NCBI GenBank assembly: GCA_041690595.1
Contig: JAWLHB010000009.1
Span: 62,001-126,000, forward strand
Reading direction: 5' to 3'
DNA from: Lentisphaeria bacterium
GTDB taxonomy: Bacteria > Verrucomicrobiota > Lentisphaeria > JABSQK01 > JAWLHB01
DNA: 64,000 nt
Within the stretch, counting starts at the first letter, position 1. Each line of letters begins with the position of its first letter. The translations under genes were made by a program, and so were the position numbers. Positions 63,293 through 64,000 of this stretch are shown here, one piece after another. A model generated the notes under the pieces. That model had not been told where the DNA came from. It saw nothing but the letters and a program-made list of their open reading frames with translations, and searched no databases.

Positions 63293-63990
63293 GATCGGGG
63301 CTCTCCATGGTTGTGCAGGTCGTTGTTGAAAAGGTCTGGGCGGCGTTCGCGGGTACGTCGAACAGCTTCCCGTCGTCGCCACTCGGCTATGGCCTGGTGA
63401 TTTCCCGAGAGAAGTACATCCGGGACGCGCATGTCGCGAAAGACTTCCGGCCGCGTGTACTGTGGATACTCCAGCAAGTCTTCGCTGAAGGACTCCTCCT
63501 GGGTGGAACTCTCGCATCCGAGCGCTCCCGGCAGCAGGCGTATAACGGCATCCGCCAGCACCATGGCTGCCAGATTACCGCTGGTCAAAATGTAATCGCC
63601 TATCGAAATTTCCTCGTCCACCAATGCCTGGCGAACTCTCTCGTCGACTCCTTCATAATGTCCGCAGATCAAGATCAGGTGCGTCTGTTGAGCGAGCTCG
63701 ACAGCCTTGGCCTGGTTGAACCTCTGCCCTTGAGGGCAAAGCAGGATGGCTCTTGAACTCTCACTGCTAACGCTTTCCACCGCGGCGAAGAGAGGCTCCG
63801 GTTTCATGACCATGCCCGCTCCGCCCCCGTAGGGACGATCGTCGGTGGTATGATGCCGATCCGTGGTGAAATCCCTTGGATTGACCCAGTTGACCTCGAC
63901 TATGCCTTTCTCGCGGGCCCGTTTCACGATCGACTCGGTAAACGGCCCCTCATACATGGCTGGAAAGATCGTCACGATGTCCAGCCGCAT
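63289..63990 (-). CDS. trmD: tRNA (guanosine37-N1)-methyltransferase
   Basis: [47 protein letters not shown]. Confidence 0.98.
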   Translation of the reverse strand: MRLDIVTIFPAMYEGPFTESIVKRAREKGIVEVNWVNPRDFTTDRHHTTDDRPYGGGAGMVMKPEPLFAAVESVSSESSRAILLCPQGQRFNQAKAVELAQQTHLILICGHYEGVDERVRQALVDEEISIGDYILTSGNLAAMVLADAVIRLLPGALGCESSTQEESFSEDLLEYPQYTRPEVFRDMRVPDVLLSGNHQAIAEWRRREAVRRTRERRPDLFNNDLHNHGEPRS

Positions 63991-64000
63991 CAGTCCTCCA

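Noticed and set aside
62939..63517. 192-aa version of L19
   Set aside because: The extension overlaps trmD; true start is ATG 63292 with ATGA coupling.
63990..64000. 3' end of an upstream gene (TGA overlapping the trmD ATG), possibly rimM
   Set aside because: Only about 10 nt are visible; identity cannot be supported.

Overview
High-GC bacterial genomic DNA with one 100-N scaffold gap (54595-54694). The gene repertoire (pilin-LamG fusion, Zn-ribbon Ser/Thr kinase, GntR-LacI fusion, URO-D-like paralogues, BatA/vWA genes) suggests a PVC-superphylum, possibly Lentisphaerota-like, organism; this is inference only. Left to right: partial GT4 glycosyltransferase; five-gene MoxR-vWA-beta-propeller (bpX-type) ternary conflict system; prepilin-LamG gene; Rrf2-ferredoxin-hcp nitrosative-stress operon with a tandem candidate operator; C39-peptidase/RimK/GCS2/N-formylglutamate-amidohydrolase peptide-ligase operon; a large secreted heparinase/lyase-like protein with CBM repeats (one apparently circularly permuted); PIN toxin-antitoxin pair; rhomboid protease; a catabolic region (SDRs, PhyH dioxygenase, AraC regulators, Gfo/Idh/MocA, FetAB-like ABC) that includes an unusual operon URO-D-like / glycyl radical enzyme / URO-D-like / tandem ADP-ribosylglycohydrolase with no activase; an AT-rich mini-island of three small membrane/lipoprotein ORFs punctuated by REP-like repeats and hairpins; dus, K+ channel, kinase, metallophosphoesterase; polyprenyl synthase-actF-actG-like-SCO-caa3 oxidase operon lacking actA-E; a BatA/vWA/low-complexity-repeat/L,D-transpeptidase operon; and M48 peptidase-rnhB-rplS-trmD. 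No rRNA, tRNA, CRISPR array, transposase or integrase was recognised. All family calls come from motif recognition by eye, not database searches.
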